The notes: generated from the sequence alone by a model not told the origin. DNA of 53,143 bases, filler included, from Streblomastix strix (GCA_008636045.1; 2 parts of 2 records of this genome joined end to end with filler, not necessarily neighbours in it), one strand, 5' to 3'; counted from the first letter of the whole stretch, positions 13,801-27,589 are shown. Made by a program: numbers and translations.

Positions 13801-16800
13801 ATTTCATTATTAACCATTTCACTATTTTATTTTTCATTTTTCACACTTTCTTCTTATTTTTATTATCTTAAAGAAGAAGAAAATTATGATAAAAACTATT
13901 CATTTTAATTCAATTAAAAGTTGACTGATGAATTTTGATAGCTAAGAGTCAAAATACTATCTCTAATATCAGATGCAGAAGAAGCAGTTGAAATTATTAG
14001 ATTATATAGAGATATTGGAGACCAATATAAACTAAGGATATGATTGTTCCAGTTGAATTAATCTCCATTTTCCATTTATGAGGGTTCTTTATCTCTTAAG
14101 TAATGATTGTTTTATTATTCTAAATTATTTTAACTATTTTTTAATTAAAACTAACCATGACCATCATTATTACATTCTAAATTTGTATCCATCTTCATAT
14201 TTAATCTTGATCTTATTGTCAATAAAGTATGTTGTTCCCATAATTATTTATTACTTTAATAAAATTAATTTGATGCAAGTTTCTTCATTTATTCAGCAAT
14301 TGAAATCAAATTATCTGTGAGACTTACAGATGCAAATGTGATATTTGTTAGAGAATTAAAGAATTAATCATCCAAACTACCAATTTTTTCTTTTCTAACA
14401 ATAATAAGCTCAAAAAGATCTCTGACTGATACTTAAAGCCCTGCTAAATTTCTTGCTATGCGTGATACAGTTTACATGTTATCATACATTGAATTAGAAT
14501 ACGTAAAGTAGTATCCCGTGTAACTTGTGAAGATAGTGAAAGTTACAATCATTATAAGAAAAGAAATTGTTTGTGCTACAATTAAAAAGTTGTATGATTT
14601 GCGAACGAAGAGGAATATATTTGCCATAGAATAGTTTTCTGAATTATTCATTCTATCTTCTTAAGAATCTGATTCTCTCAAATTATTATTGTTATCAATA
14701 TTAATCATTTGAGTTATAATATGATTTTCATCTTCTCTGACTTCCTACAAAATTTATTCCTAAAATTTATCCTCTTCAAATCTATCATGTTTTTCATCTT
14801 TTTAAACTTTATCAATTTTTTCATCATAAATAATTTCATCATCTTCTGCATTATGATTCTTATGGTTTTAAGTTTTATTCATATTCTTTTTTTCATCATC
14901 CACATTTCCTCCTTCAGAAATTGACGACGAATGATATTGTCTCATTCTTTTTGTTTTAAGTATTTTCCAGCGGCGGTTTAAATCAGCTCCAATTGAAAAT
15001 CTATTCTCTAAGTCGATAGCTATATCCTACAAAAGTCGGCTTCTTCTTTTCTCTCTTTATTTCCTATTGAGGCCGCTGAATATATATTCACGCTCTGTGT
15101 GTATGACTTGATCCATACGCTGCTGTTATTCCAGTTTCTTCTTTTCCAGAAGTTTCTCTGTTTCTGATTAATATTTGTTTCTTTCTTACAATTCTTTATT
15201 TTTTTATTCTAATTCTTTTTATTCTGTTTTCTCTCTTTAAATTCTTTGTTTTTATGACTCATTTATCAATAACATTCTTTTATTATCTTCATTTTAAATC
15301 TTAATTTCTTCCCGAATTCTTTATTATTCATCATACTCTTCAATATCTAACTCACGAACTATATCCAATAGTCCGAGGATATCTGAATCTTCACATGCTT
15401 CTAATGTCCATATATTTATAACTGGTTATGGAGATTGTCTCACAATATCAAGTTGATGCTAGGCATTTTCTAGCTTAACTTCTGCAGCTTTCACTAATAT
15501 ATCTGCTCCAACAGTATTGGCTGCTGCAACTTTAGAATCAATCACAGCTTATTTATATTCATCAACAGAATTGGCAGCGTTTTCCTTCATCTTCTTTAAT
15601 TTTGATCCAAATGCTATTTTTCTCTTTTATCCATTATTAGCTTGAGTTTTCTCTTACTCTTTTTAAACAGCTTCTCTCGCAGTTTCAGCTAATTTCTATG
15701 CTTTAGTTAATTCATCTTCCATCTCATTTTACACTTTGCGAGCTTTTTCAGCTTCGTTTATTGCGTTTTTCAATTCAATTTCTGATTCTCTAACTATTTA
15801 CTCTTCTATTGCAAATTCATCAAATTCAAGTCTTTATAACAATTATTATTAAAATTTTGTTATTTCTTTTTCTTCATCATTTTTACCTAATGAATTATCA
15901 TTGATCATTTTATTTCTTCTTTCATCTTTATTTTTCATTTTTTCTCCTTCATTATTCTTCTTTCCATTTGAATTGATATCGTCATCAAGTTATTCTTATT
16001 GAGATTCAAATTTTGAATTCTTCTAAAATAGTATGTTTGATTTGAGCTCTTCTGTACCCATTTCGCTACATTTTAAAGACAATATAGAAAGAATCACCAA
16101 TAGAATAGCATCATGTCGAAGAAGTTGCTTCTTTGAGGCTCCGCGTTTTTTTATTTTTTTCTTTCGTTATGAATTTGTCTGCATCTCCGAACTTTGCTAT
16201 TCGTTTTCTATTATTTCATAATTATCATTGTCTTTTTCTTTCACTAAGTTTGTCTGAAGATTTGCATTTAATTAGTTTTTTGGCAATTCATTAGAATCAG
16301 GATTGGCCTTTTTCTAATTTTCATTGTTTTCTAATTCCAATTAAATAAGCTTTTCCTTGTCTCTTTATTACTTTTCAATATCTTTCTCTTCATCTGTTTA
16401 TATCCACCTTATTAAAACAGCTGTTGTTTCTGCTAGGAGTATTTGAGTATGTGTGTATACATTCACACATCTATTAAAATAAAATCCATTTAATTATGAT
16501 GTCATTAATTTATTTCGCTTAACTGATGTGATATTTTGATTAAGATTTTTTAGTCCTTTCTTAAGAGATGTCGTTGAAATTTACTAATTTATATCTTCAG
16601 TATGTACAACATTAATGTCTTCAGATTATTATGAAGAATGAATTATATCTCCATTAGAAGATTTTGAAAGCATATCAATCATTGCACCCATAATTTCATG
16701 GGTATAGTGAGTCAGTATTCGAAGTCTAGTTAATAAGAGAGATGGATTTCCATGGTCTGCATTATCAATTGACTATTATAAGTCTGGCAAATGTCTTGAT

Positions 16801-18180
16801 CCAGCATCAAGCATCTTAGATTGTATTATTCTGAGTGAATATGGAGCAGGAGGAGGTTACTCTGGTGGAAGGGGTGGAGGATGTGGTGCTTAAATCTTTG
16901 CCACAATTCTCTTCTTCTTTGAATCTTTCATTTGTGAATCTTTTGGTTTCTTCTTTGGTACAATGCAAAGATGGCCATCAACTGATTCATTATCAGATTT
17001 AGATATGATTTCTTCAATTATTATTTTCTCTTATTATTGTTATTGTTATTATTGTTATTGTTATTGTTATTGTTATTATTATTATTATTATTATTGTTAT
17101 TATTGTTATTATTGTTATTATTATTATAGTTATTATTATAGTTATTATTATTGTTATTTTTGCTATTATTATTGTTATTATTTTTACTATAATTACTATT
17201 ATTATTATAATTATAATTATTATTATTATTATTACTACTACTACTATTATTATTATTATAAATTAATTTATTATTATCCGAATGATTAAAGACCAGATTT
17301 GGAGTTTTAATAAATCATTCTTTATTATGGCATATTCTAATTCATTTAAGTTATATTCAAATTATTTAATGTTGTTATTTTACTTAACCTTTTTAAACCA
17401 CTCATAGAATTAATATCATTTATTTTCATAATTCCAAGATTAATATTACTTCCTTTTTATTTACTTATTGAAGAATCAAAACCAACTTAATTTTTCATTT
17501 AATTTAGTTATTGATTCTTTTATTACTAAACTAGTTCAACAATGGACTATCCTCCAGCTTTAAGTGCAAAATCTGTATCAAAATGACCCAATTCTTAATA
17601 TCGATCTGAAATAGCTGGAGAATATGGAGTTTTAATATTTTCTTATATTTAACTATCAGGTTATAATGGATGAAGATGAGCACTTGAATAATTTTTAAAT
17701 TTTTAATTTTGATGATTGTTTTGTAATCTATTTTATCTTATAGCTTCCATCATAATCTAATCGTTTTCATTTATATTATTACTTTAAGATGTTGAAAGTT
17801 TATGAAATGGAATTTAATTCTATTGTTAATAGGATTAATTATCAGAAATGAGAGCTTTACTAGAAATGCTATTTGATCTTTATCTATTTTTTATTGGATT
17901 AATTTATTTCATCCCCCCTCCAGTATTTTGTGGTAATTTACTAATTTATTAAAAGCTACTTCCTTTATTATTTATTAATTTAGAAGGTTTATGTTATAAC
18001 GATTATTATTATTAATTATTCAATCTTAATTAAGAGTTGTTTTATTCTCGATCTGAAAGAGAGAAAGACTAATTATTAACTAATTATATTCCTTATTATT
18101 AAAAATTTAATTATTATAATTCTTAATTTGATGATATTAATAAACTTTTGCTAAAAGATTAATTCTTTTATAATAATTAA

Positions 18181-18252
<72 letters not shown>

Positions 18253-21200
18253 ATTAATGATTTATTATCATTATGTAAATCTCCTCCATTTCCATTGGAT
18301 GATAAAATATTTTTAAATTATAATGTATCAGCAACTTTAATATCTCTTTCATCTTTTTATGAAACTATGCTATCTTTTGAAATCTATTGATTAATTAAAC
18401 TTTCTTATTAAATGACCTAGGTATTAGTATCTAATTATTATTATTGATGTTATTATTATTGTTCAATAAATTAATTATTCATTTGGTTTATTTATGAAGG
18501 AGAAATTGGGAATTACAAATTATTTTCCATTTCTTAGCTCTAACTAATTTATTATTATCCCAATCCACTCATTTATACTAATTATTAATTTTGTTACACA
18601 TTTGCATCATCTTGAAAAGGACTCAATCAACTTTGAGTGTTTCTTCTTCCAACGCTAATTATACTATGCAATTAAGAATTAACTTTCTTGTCTTTTTCTG
18701 GTCTTTCATCATCTTCGTAATCTTCTTCCTAATCCACATTTTCTTGTTTAACTAAATTATTTCTATTTATTTTCTTTTTTTATGGATATTTAATTTTTTG
18801 TTATAATAAATCTTTATTAAATTGCATATCTTGTTTCTGTTACTCTCTTTCCCTTTGCATTCGAACTATTTCCTCTTCCTTCCAATCACATATGCAACGA
18901 TAAATAATCCAGCGGTCATATATAAATGGATAAAGTTAGATTGCTTCTAAAAGCCTTCTCCAAGCTTCGTATTCTTCCTATTAGACAGCTTTAGTATTGG
19001 CATACATATCATATTCATCATCTATAATATCATCTTCTTCATTCTCTGTATTCGAAACTTTCATGTCTTATTTAATTAAATTATGTTTTGAAATTGTTGA
19101 TTTAGAAGTTTTATTATTTTTCCCATTTTACTTCAATTATTGGAAACTCTTTGAATTATTATAATTTATATTTCCCAGTTCTTATGCATTTTAACTTGGA
19201 AATACAACAATGCTGGGCTATTTCTTACTCAATTATAACTTTGCATCTTGCTCTTACTTCAATCTACGCATTCTAACAGCATAGTCATGAAGAAATAAAG
19301 CTAATGAAACTCTTAATCCTGCATGTGCGGGATATTTGAAAAAAGTTCCATATCTCAGAATTGATTCAGCTAGTTTAAAGAAATATAATTTATGACGTAT
19401 ATTTTTACTAGATGTAAAATACATTAATGATCGTGTGATCTCATCTGGAGATTTGAATATATCTTTATTCATTAATGGAATTTAAATTTCAGGATTTCCA
19501 TTTATATTTGGTTCTTCAATTTATTTATATTCTAAATTATCTTTATTTTATTGAGTCATGGTCATATTAATTGTTTCCATATGTGCTACACTCATTCCCA
19601 TTTTCTATAAATTGAAAATACTTTTCTTATGAAATCTATTGTTTTACTATTATTCTAAATCTGGTTATTATTATTATTAATTTATTCCAGACTTTATTAG
19701 ATCTTTTGTTTATAAAACAATTGAAGCTTATGATAGCATATCATTAATGTTAGATAATTGTTGAATGTTTGATTCCGGTAATGCATTCGGAAAATTAAAT
19801 TTTACCCATCTTTGCATTTTTTAATACATTTAAGGTATTGAAGGTAATAACCTCATCTTCATTTTCATAGTTTATTAAAATATTTCTTAATAAGAATAGT
19901 TTTATAATTTAGACATATTAGCATCTTTTAATTTAGATTGGTGAGAATCTTATGATTAGCCTATTGCGAGTTTGTTTATTGATTATTCTAATTCATTAAA
20001 ACTATTTTATTTATTAATCTTAGATGAATCAATGGCTTCAATCTAACTTTTGGAGTCCACAGCATCAAAATTTAATAGAGATTTGTTATTTTCATATTCA
20101 ACATACTTTTCATATTCAATTTCTAATTGTTCTCCGTCTTCATCTGTCAGTTGATACATATATACTATAGCCCAACTCTTTTTTACAAGAGTAAATGATA
20201 AAATTCCAAAGAATAATGGAACGCATATTACAAGTATGACAAACAGAAACCAATATAAGAACATCATTCCTACTGATGAATATGCGGTTGGGGGAATAAA
20301 TGCTTTCTCTTGTGAAGAATAAGATTAATTAAGATTAGAAGCTTGAATTTATGGTTCCATATGATCCGTTGAAGAATTTTATTTCTATTTAAATCTTACA
20401 TTATGAATATTTTAGTTTATTTTTGAGTTAAATATTTATGTTTATGAGGTGTAATGTGTTTTATCAGTTTATTATGTATTTTAAGAGTGAAGTGTATAGT
20501 TGAATTTGTTTGTTGATTTCATATTAATTGGTTATTAAATTATTGTAAAATGACTATGACGTTAAGAATTCTCTTTTAAAGGCTAATCTATAATTTATTT
20601 TTTAATTTTTGTACGCTTATAAATCGGTTCTTTGAAATTAGGCTTTTTAACCTTTTGCTGAGAATATTCTTTAGATCTATCCATATTATTATAAACTACT
20701 TTTTCTCTATCATAATGATTATCAAGTTTTAATTCTGAATATGAAATATAATTTTAATGTTATTACCCAACAAAATCTTATGTTTCTATTTGATATGGTT
20801 CTTTCCAAAATATGTTTAATTATCCAATAAATCCAATTAATGAAATGCCAAGAAACAAAGCAACATAAAATGTCATAGCTGCATTGCTTATTATTCTCGA
20901 AAAAGGAAGTTTGATTAAAAGCAAATATAATAAAATGATTAATATTATTGAGGATATAATAAGATAAGGCATTAATTCATTAAATGCCTTTGGAGTGTGT
21001 GAAGAGAAACCTTATTCATTTAATGCATAACTTTAATGTATTTGTGGGACTATAATATCGCATCCAATAGTTAAGAAAATTATAATAGCAATCATAATTA
21101 ACTTCAAATAGGGATATCTTGCTCCATTTAGACTTCTTCCTTTGAATCTGTGGTCACATAGAAATGTGTTATTTGCCAATATTAAGAATATGTGCATAAT

Positions 21201-21877
21201 AAGAAAGATTACTGAAAAGGAATAAAGTACAACATGTGGACTTTTGAAACAAGCAACTTTGTCTAAATAAACATTATATGATATTCCATCCTCTTTTTTC
21301 TCACAAGCTAAAGGTACCATAAGAGCATGAATAAATGGTATTGCACATGGACCTATAAAGAATCTGACTAAAGAAAATAAAGAAACGTGGACACTCTTAT
21401 TCAGTCCCCCTTCCGAATTATATTTTATGATGATGAACATAGATATTCCAATAGCAATCATTATTCCTAATGCCGACGCAATAAATCCAAATAGCATAAA
21501 AAGTCTAGACTAAGTAACTATTGTAAATCCAGTAAATGTTCCAAAAAGCTTCGCTACGCTAAGTGGATCACCAGACGGCATGGGTATAGTTTGAAATAAA
21601 GTGAATAAGAAGAAGATTATAAGTGATATCACCACAAAAAATTCATAATAAATGCTATCTGATGTGCCCTGGTTATTCAAAATAAAGAAAAGTTACGGTT
21701 TAATCAATAAGTGTATACTTTAGCAAGAGAATAAAGCAATGCAAATAATCTGATCGTACATAAAATAAATATCACAACTTATGTAATAAACTAAGGTTAA
21801 ACACACTTTCTGTCGATAGGATTGAATTTTACTGACTGAAGAGTGATTCGGCTGATCGTATTTCTATCAAAAATCAT
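10887..21877 (-). CDS. giant TmcB-like multi-pass membrane protein with TPR region and long Q-rich insertions (~3600 aa)
   Basis: ATG 21877 (MIFDRNTISRI...), two short 5' introns, an N-terminal TM bundle with C-x-C loop (LACEKK...VACFKSPHV), TPR-like KLAESILRYGTFFKYPAHAGLRVSLALFL, paired downstream TM segments (13420-13560, 12600-12690, 11070-11140), and TGA at 10889-10887. Internal continuity was not checked codon by codon. Confidence 0.72.
17031..17262 (-). repeat. poly-glutamine tract encoded by mixed TAA/CAA/TAG codons
   Basis: The plus strand shows tta/ttg/cta triplets in one phase, which read TAA/CAA/TAG on the coding strand. Confidence 0.85.
18183..18250 (-). repeat. (TAA)n microsatellite encoding poly-Q
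   Basis: Pure (tta)n of about 22 units, in frame after ...KSLIE on the minus strand. Confidence 0.85.
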
Positions 21878-22263
21878 TTCTATATAAATAAAAAAGTAAA
21901 GAAAAAATAAATTTCAAAAATAAATTTAAAGTATAAAATAAGGCAGTAATTGTAGTTCTTTCATCATTTTTTCTTATTAAATCAAATTAGAAGGCTCATG
22001 TAGTATTTTGATAAATATTCTGAAAAAATACATTTTTTCATGAAATTTGCGCATTAATAAATACATTGATTTCATAAACAGTAACTAATATATAAATTTT
22101 TTTTGAAAAATCTCTACCTTCGAATTTTTGAAAGGATTTAAGATTAATGTGATTATATAATTATTATAATTAGTATATATAGAACTTTGGGGAATATCTA
22201 TTTGCACAAACCACTAACATCCAGATTAAATTAGAAACCTCATAAGTCCTCAAGTAACCATGG

Positions 22264-23127
22264 CAGTAGTGGGAGTATGGAGTTTTAATTTGTAATGTTA
22301 ATAATTTGATATCAAATAATATTGATTATTTATTAAAAATTTGATGTGATAAATATCGATAAAAATGATGTTAAAAATGGGTTTAATATGTGGACACGAG
22401 GGACAGGACTGGACATGGTCTGTATTTTCCTGAAAAAGAGGGTTTTAACAAGTAAAAATATTTTGTTAATACCCAGTCTTTTTTATGGAATAACATGAAA
22501 ACTAGAAAATAATTAAAAATTGAATTAATTATTTCCATAATTGCTAGTTTCCTTGATATTTGAATCATAATAATATATGAAATTGAATAAAATGGAAAAA
22601 ATAATAAGTCAATAAATTCAATTTCTTATAAAATTGGATTATTTTACTAATAAAGTAATTTATTTTTATATTAATTCATTTATAATTAGATTTCTTAATA
22701 TATTTATTAATATAATTGATAAACTAAAATAAAATGATTTATTAATATTCACGTTTTCTAATTTCCTTGTTATTATTGATATAATAATATGTAAAATTAA
22801 TCAAAATTGATATTTATTAATAAGACAGGTTTATTAAATTAGCATATTTTCCAATAAAAATATTTTATTATTATATGATTTAATTTATTAATTATATTTT
22901 TAAATATATTGATTAATATCTCTGTTAAACTAAAAATAAATGATTTATTTATAATCATAATTGTAAGTTTGTTGGAAATTATAGTTACAATATTATAAGA
23001 AGTTGATATGAAGAATGATTTACGATAGGTATGATATTTATCACATCAAATTTTTAATAAATAACCAACATTATTAGATATTTAATTCCTTAACATAATA
23101 AATTAAAACTCCATACTCCCACTACTG
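22264..23127. mobile_element. non-autonomous TIR mini-element (MITE-like), ~95-bp imperfect TIRs starting CAGTAGTGGGAGTATGGAG
   Basis: 22264-22358 is the imperfect reverse complement of about 23033-23127, with the first ~28 nt identical. The interior is non-coding with degenerate ~205-bp direct repeats. No target-site duplication is visible. Confidence 0.8.
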
Positions 23128-23605
23128 AGTTTGCTTAGTGATTCTTCTTATGAAAACAGAATAAATACTGCGAATTCATATATTTTCCTGAATGATAATT
23201 GATTGATGATGATATGTCATTAACTATCTGTATAGTTGTTGATGAATTATTAGTGTCAATGTTAAGAAAGTTCTTTAGAAATTATGATAAGATTGTTATG
23301 AATATTATTACATATCACTATCCAATGATGTATCAGTAAGATATCTATGAGATTAATTAAATATATTAGATGCATAAGTATGATATTAATGAATATGATA
23401 TGTTATTGAAACTATAGTGAATTAATAAACCAAACATGAGAATGATATTATATAAGAAAAATAATGGAGAGATATTGTAATTATATATTTAATTTAATAT
23501 CATGAATAGATTGTGAGATATATTTTATTAAATAATTAGGGAAAAAAATAATTAATAATTAATAAAAATATTGAATACTACTATATAATACAATCAATAC
23601 ATATA

Positions 23606-24223
23606 TCAATCAAGATCTCTTATTTTCTTGAACTTATTCAGAGTAATCTTCCTTCTTTTATTATCTACATCATTTACAGAAACGTAGAGAGATCCACCTT
23701 TCTATTTACTAAGATATAATTTTCGATATTAGACACCATTGTAATAATAAAAATTATTGTTATGATAGTATAAATTCTCGAATTAATAACCAATATATTC
23801 CTCGACAACAATAGATTCATCATCAATTTCATCAAAATATTCAGATACATGACCTTAATACACAGATAAATTCATATTGTTTTAACTTTTGGAAACCCAT
23901 CTTAAATTGACTATTCTATTATCTTTGCTATTTCTATTCTTATGATCAACTTCATTATATAGTAGTGGATTAGGATTAGTTATGTATTACAATGCAACTA
24001 ATTTATGAATGTATACAGTTTTCTCTTTTATATGTGAGCGATAATAATTACTATTGAAATAAATATTAGGTTCGAATTTGTCTCGTATTCTTCTTACTCT
24101 CCATGGTTAAATATCATCATCTTCATCATATCTAATTTCAAAGTCATTGTCATATTTTAATATTTACCATTCAATTATATCATTCAATTCAGTTTATTCA
24201 GATTATTCTAATTCTTCAGTCAT
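23606..24223 (-). CDS. HNH endonuclease (HNH_3-type), 205 aa
   Basis: Intronless ORF with TAR=Gln containing IHKLVALQYITNPNPLLYNEVDHKNRNSKDNRIVNLRWVS; ATG 24223 to TGA 23608-23606. Confidence 0.88.
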
Positions 24224-24365
24224 TGTTTTTGTAAAAATAAGAAATTAATTATTTTTATAAGAAAATAGATATAAAGAAAAATAAATATAAAAATAAGGAA
24301 AATTAATGAAATATTAGAATATTAAATATAATATACGAACATTAATACATATCATCATTATATAA

Positions 24366-24983
24366 TCAGTTAAGATTCATTATCTTCTTGAATTTATTCA
24401 ATGAAATCATCCTTGATATACCATGAGTATCTGTTATATTAGTATGAAGTGTATTACCTTGTTTATCACTAAGATATAGTTTGCGATATTGAATGCCATT
24501 AAAGAAATAGAAATTATTGTCATGATAATACAAATTCTCAAATTAATGACCATTGTATTCATTAATAGCAATAGCCTTATCATCGATTGTATCAAGATAT
24601 TCGTATTTACGCCTCTTATAACCTGACTTATTCAATTAATTTTACTATTTAGTACAGAATTGTAAGTTCGTTACTCTATTATCTTTACTATTCCTATTCT
24701 TATGTACAACTATGTAATATAAGTATGGATTAGGATTCGGAATATATTGAAATGCAACTAGTTTATGAATGAATTCTTAAATCTTATTGATATATATAAG
24801 ATAGTATTGATTATGTAAATAAATACCAGGTTCGAATTTATCACGTATTCTTCTTATTCGCCATGGTTATTCATCATCTTTATTATCGAATCTAATTTCA
24901 AAGTCATTGTCATATTTCAATACTTACCACTCATTTATATCAATCTATTCAGTTTATTCAGATTATTCTAATTATTTAGTCAT
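24366..24983 (-). CDS. HNH endonuclease paralog, 205 aa (DH changed to VH)
   Basis: IHKLVAFQYIPNPNPYLYYIVVHKNRNSKDNRVTNLQF; same length and similar upstream sequence as the neighbouring copy. Confidence 0.85.
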
Positions 24984-25651
24984 TGTTTTTGTAAAAAATA
25001 AGAAATTAATTATTTTTAATTAGAATTAGATATAAAGAAAAATAAATCAAAAAATAAAGAAAATTAACATAGACACGAGGACAGTCTGGACACGAGTTTA
25101 AAAAACCCCTATTTTTGCTTTTTTCTAGAATATTCCATGAAAAATAGCTAATAAATTAATGATTATATTTTCATCATGAATATTACAATAATACATATGA
25201 ATCATATAGTAAATACTAATTAATAATACAATCTCACACTAAATTAATAATATTAATAATGTAATAATTACATATAATAAATTAATAGAAATAATATATA
25301 ATCTTATTCTATATGAATTTGTCAATACAAAAACAAGTAATTAATATATAGAATTGAATACTAATACTAAATCAGAAAGTAAAACTGAAAATCTAAAGTT
25401 AATTCATATAATGAACAAGATAAAGATAATAAAATAATAGTATATAATCATTGATTAGTATATGTCATAATAATAATAACAATAACGATATTCCAATAAG
25501 AAGTAATATATTCATGCAATTTACTTAGCTTCAACTAATTTTGTCGGGAAATTAGATGTAGTAATAAGTATATTACATGTATATAATAAGAATATGTATA
25601 AAATTTGAAGATATAATATATTGATATGCAATTCATAATATTCATATTAAC

Positions 25652-26560
25652 TCATTGATTAATTACATCTCCATCTTAATCATTTGGTAATATTTTTATA
25701 TTTATATAATCTTCTTCTTCATTATCATCATCATCATTGATTTCATTCTCTTCATCTTTCATTGATTCATAATCTTATATTAATCCAGGTTTTAACTTAT
25801 AATAACCAATCTTCTTCATACCACTACATTTAGGAGCATTCTTACGTTCATAATCACAGATAGCTTTGAGTTAAGCCTTGAATTAGAACTCAGTTAGCTC
25901 CTTAGGTTTGTAATCTATTGCTTAGTTACATTCCATTCCTTATTTTAATTGCTTCAGATATTTAACAACGAAGTTCTCAACTGGTGATTTACTTACTTTT
26001 TAGATATCTTTCTTAGCATCAGTCATTGGAATTACTTATAGATTTGCCTAAGATATATCACGTTTCATGAAGAATGTTAAGAGATTGTCATAGAAATCAG
26101 CTTATTTAATAGCTTAGTGTATCTTATCGAAGTATTCAAAGTTATGTCTATGTGCATCAGGAGTTTAACAAACTAAGTATCTTCTATCTGTAGCTTCAAT
26201 CTTCACTGGACAGTAATTATTAGATATAAATATTAGATTTGCAACATTCTATGAATCTCTACGTGCAACGAACTTTTCATTGATTCGTTACACATCATCT
26301 GTAATTACAGATTTCAAAGCGTTACTGTTTAAAGCTCTTTACTCTGTGAAGTTCTTCAATTCATTAAGTATAATCAATGATTTATTTTCAATAACTGAAT
26401 TGAAATTACCAGTTATTTCTTCGATATCTGTAATATTCTTTGCTGAATATCCAGCCATTAGATCACATAATACATCAGTAAATGTATTTTTACCTGTTCC
26501 TTATACTCCACGAATAACGATAGCAACTCTCGATTTAACACCAGGATGTTATATAATGAA
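25652..26560 (-). CDS. SF3 / D5-like (primase-associated) helicase, C-terminal part, truncated by the assembly gap
   Basis: Walker A GVQGTGKN, Walker B LIILNE, KSVITDD..INEKF, motif C IFISNN, DRRY, acidic tail, TGA 25654-25652. Intronless and uses TAR=Gln. Confidence 0.85.
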
Positions 26561-26660
26561 NNNNNNNNNNNNNNNNNNNNNNNNNNNNNNNNNNNNNNNN
26601 NNNNTTAATTAATTAANNNNNNNNNNNNNNNNNNNNNNNNNNNNNNNNNNNNNNNNNNNN
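26561..26660. other. assembly gap with artificial TTAATTAATTAA linker
   Basis: 100-nt N block with a six-frame stop spacer at 26605-26616, so adjacency across it is not assured. Confidence 0.95.
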
Positions 26661-27570
26661 ATTGAGGATGTGAAAATTGAGTGATGTTAGACAGTACGTG
26701 AGTTTAGGAGTGATGAGTTAAGGTAGTGAGATCTCTTTCAGGAATACCTAGATTTGCAAGTTCTGTTGTTGCTGAGTATCGTATTGATTATGCTGATGCT
26801 CCTACTATCTTCAGTTCTCTTAATAGTTTTGTAAGTTGTAGACTGATATCTTTTGTAGTTGTTGTTTTATTAAATTCTTCATACCCTAATTAAAATTCTG
26901 TACGTTTTGGAAATTGCTTCTTTAGTCTATCAATCGATTCATACATTTCTAGCATCATGCTTAATTTTTCATTGTCAGTTTCATATGTTTCATTTGTTTA
27001 TATTGCGTTTACCTGTTTTGGTGTTAGTCTTAATAATGCTTGATTCTCTGTTTTGTTAACATTTGAGAATTTTAGTCATATTTCTGCTATTTCATTTGGT
27101 CTGAAGAAACATACTGACATTAGTAAACAAGCTATTTTTAATTGAAAGTCATAGTTCTTTAAGTATTAATTTTGTTTTGATTATCTCCAATGGTTAAATA
27201 ATATTTGAAAGTTCCAAATGTTTTAATATCTTCTATGTGGTATAGTTGCATTTGCTAATGTTTTATTAATTTGTTTTGAGGTTGTTGAGGATGCTAAATT
27301 CTCTTTATTTATAAGAGATAACATTGTAGTTAGACAAGCTTTATGTGATTTAGCTGATGCGACTGAGTTATTCTGTCTTGTTTGGAAGGCAAATACTTCT
27401 GTTAATATTATTTTTGCGTCTCTATTCATCATTTCTTCTATTATTATTCTTTCAATAATTATCCAATCCTATAATAATGCTAGGGAGTAAAAATCTCTCT
27501 TGACTGTATTAAATCTTTGTACTTTGAATAGCAAGTTAACTCCATCTTCTGAAAATCTTCTCATTTTCAT
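26661..27570 (-). pseudogene. DIRS tyrosine recombinase (disrupted)
   Basis: KIACLLMSVCFFRPNEIAEI* (catalytic Arg box followed by TGA) and SAQSIRYSATTELANLG..THHS (degenerate HxxR box). Frameshifts near the 3' end. Confidence 0.8.
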
Positions 27571-27589
27571 GCATTTAATTAGTTAGTCT

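Noticed and set aside
16963..17289. Tyr/Cys-rich plus-strand ORF
   Set aside because: Antisense of the poly-Q tract.
1..21877. Genome-wide TGA-to-Trp reassignment (all three stops recoded)
   Set aside because: The conserved-gene stretches I read use TGG for Trp and have no internal TGA. Internal TGAs appear only in duplicated or mobile sequences.
23200..23420. Short plus-strand frame (MSLTICIVVDELL...) beside the TIR
   Set aside because: Short, apparently truncated, with no recognisable motif.
26605..26616. TTAATTAATTAA palindrome inside the N run
   Set aside because: Artificial six-frame-stop contig linker. It also means the helicase block and the DIRS element cannot be treated as one composite element.
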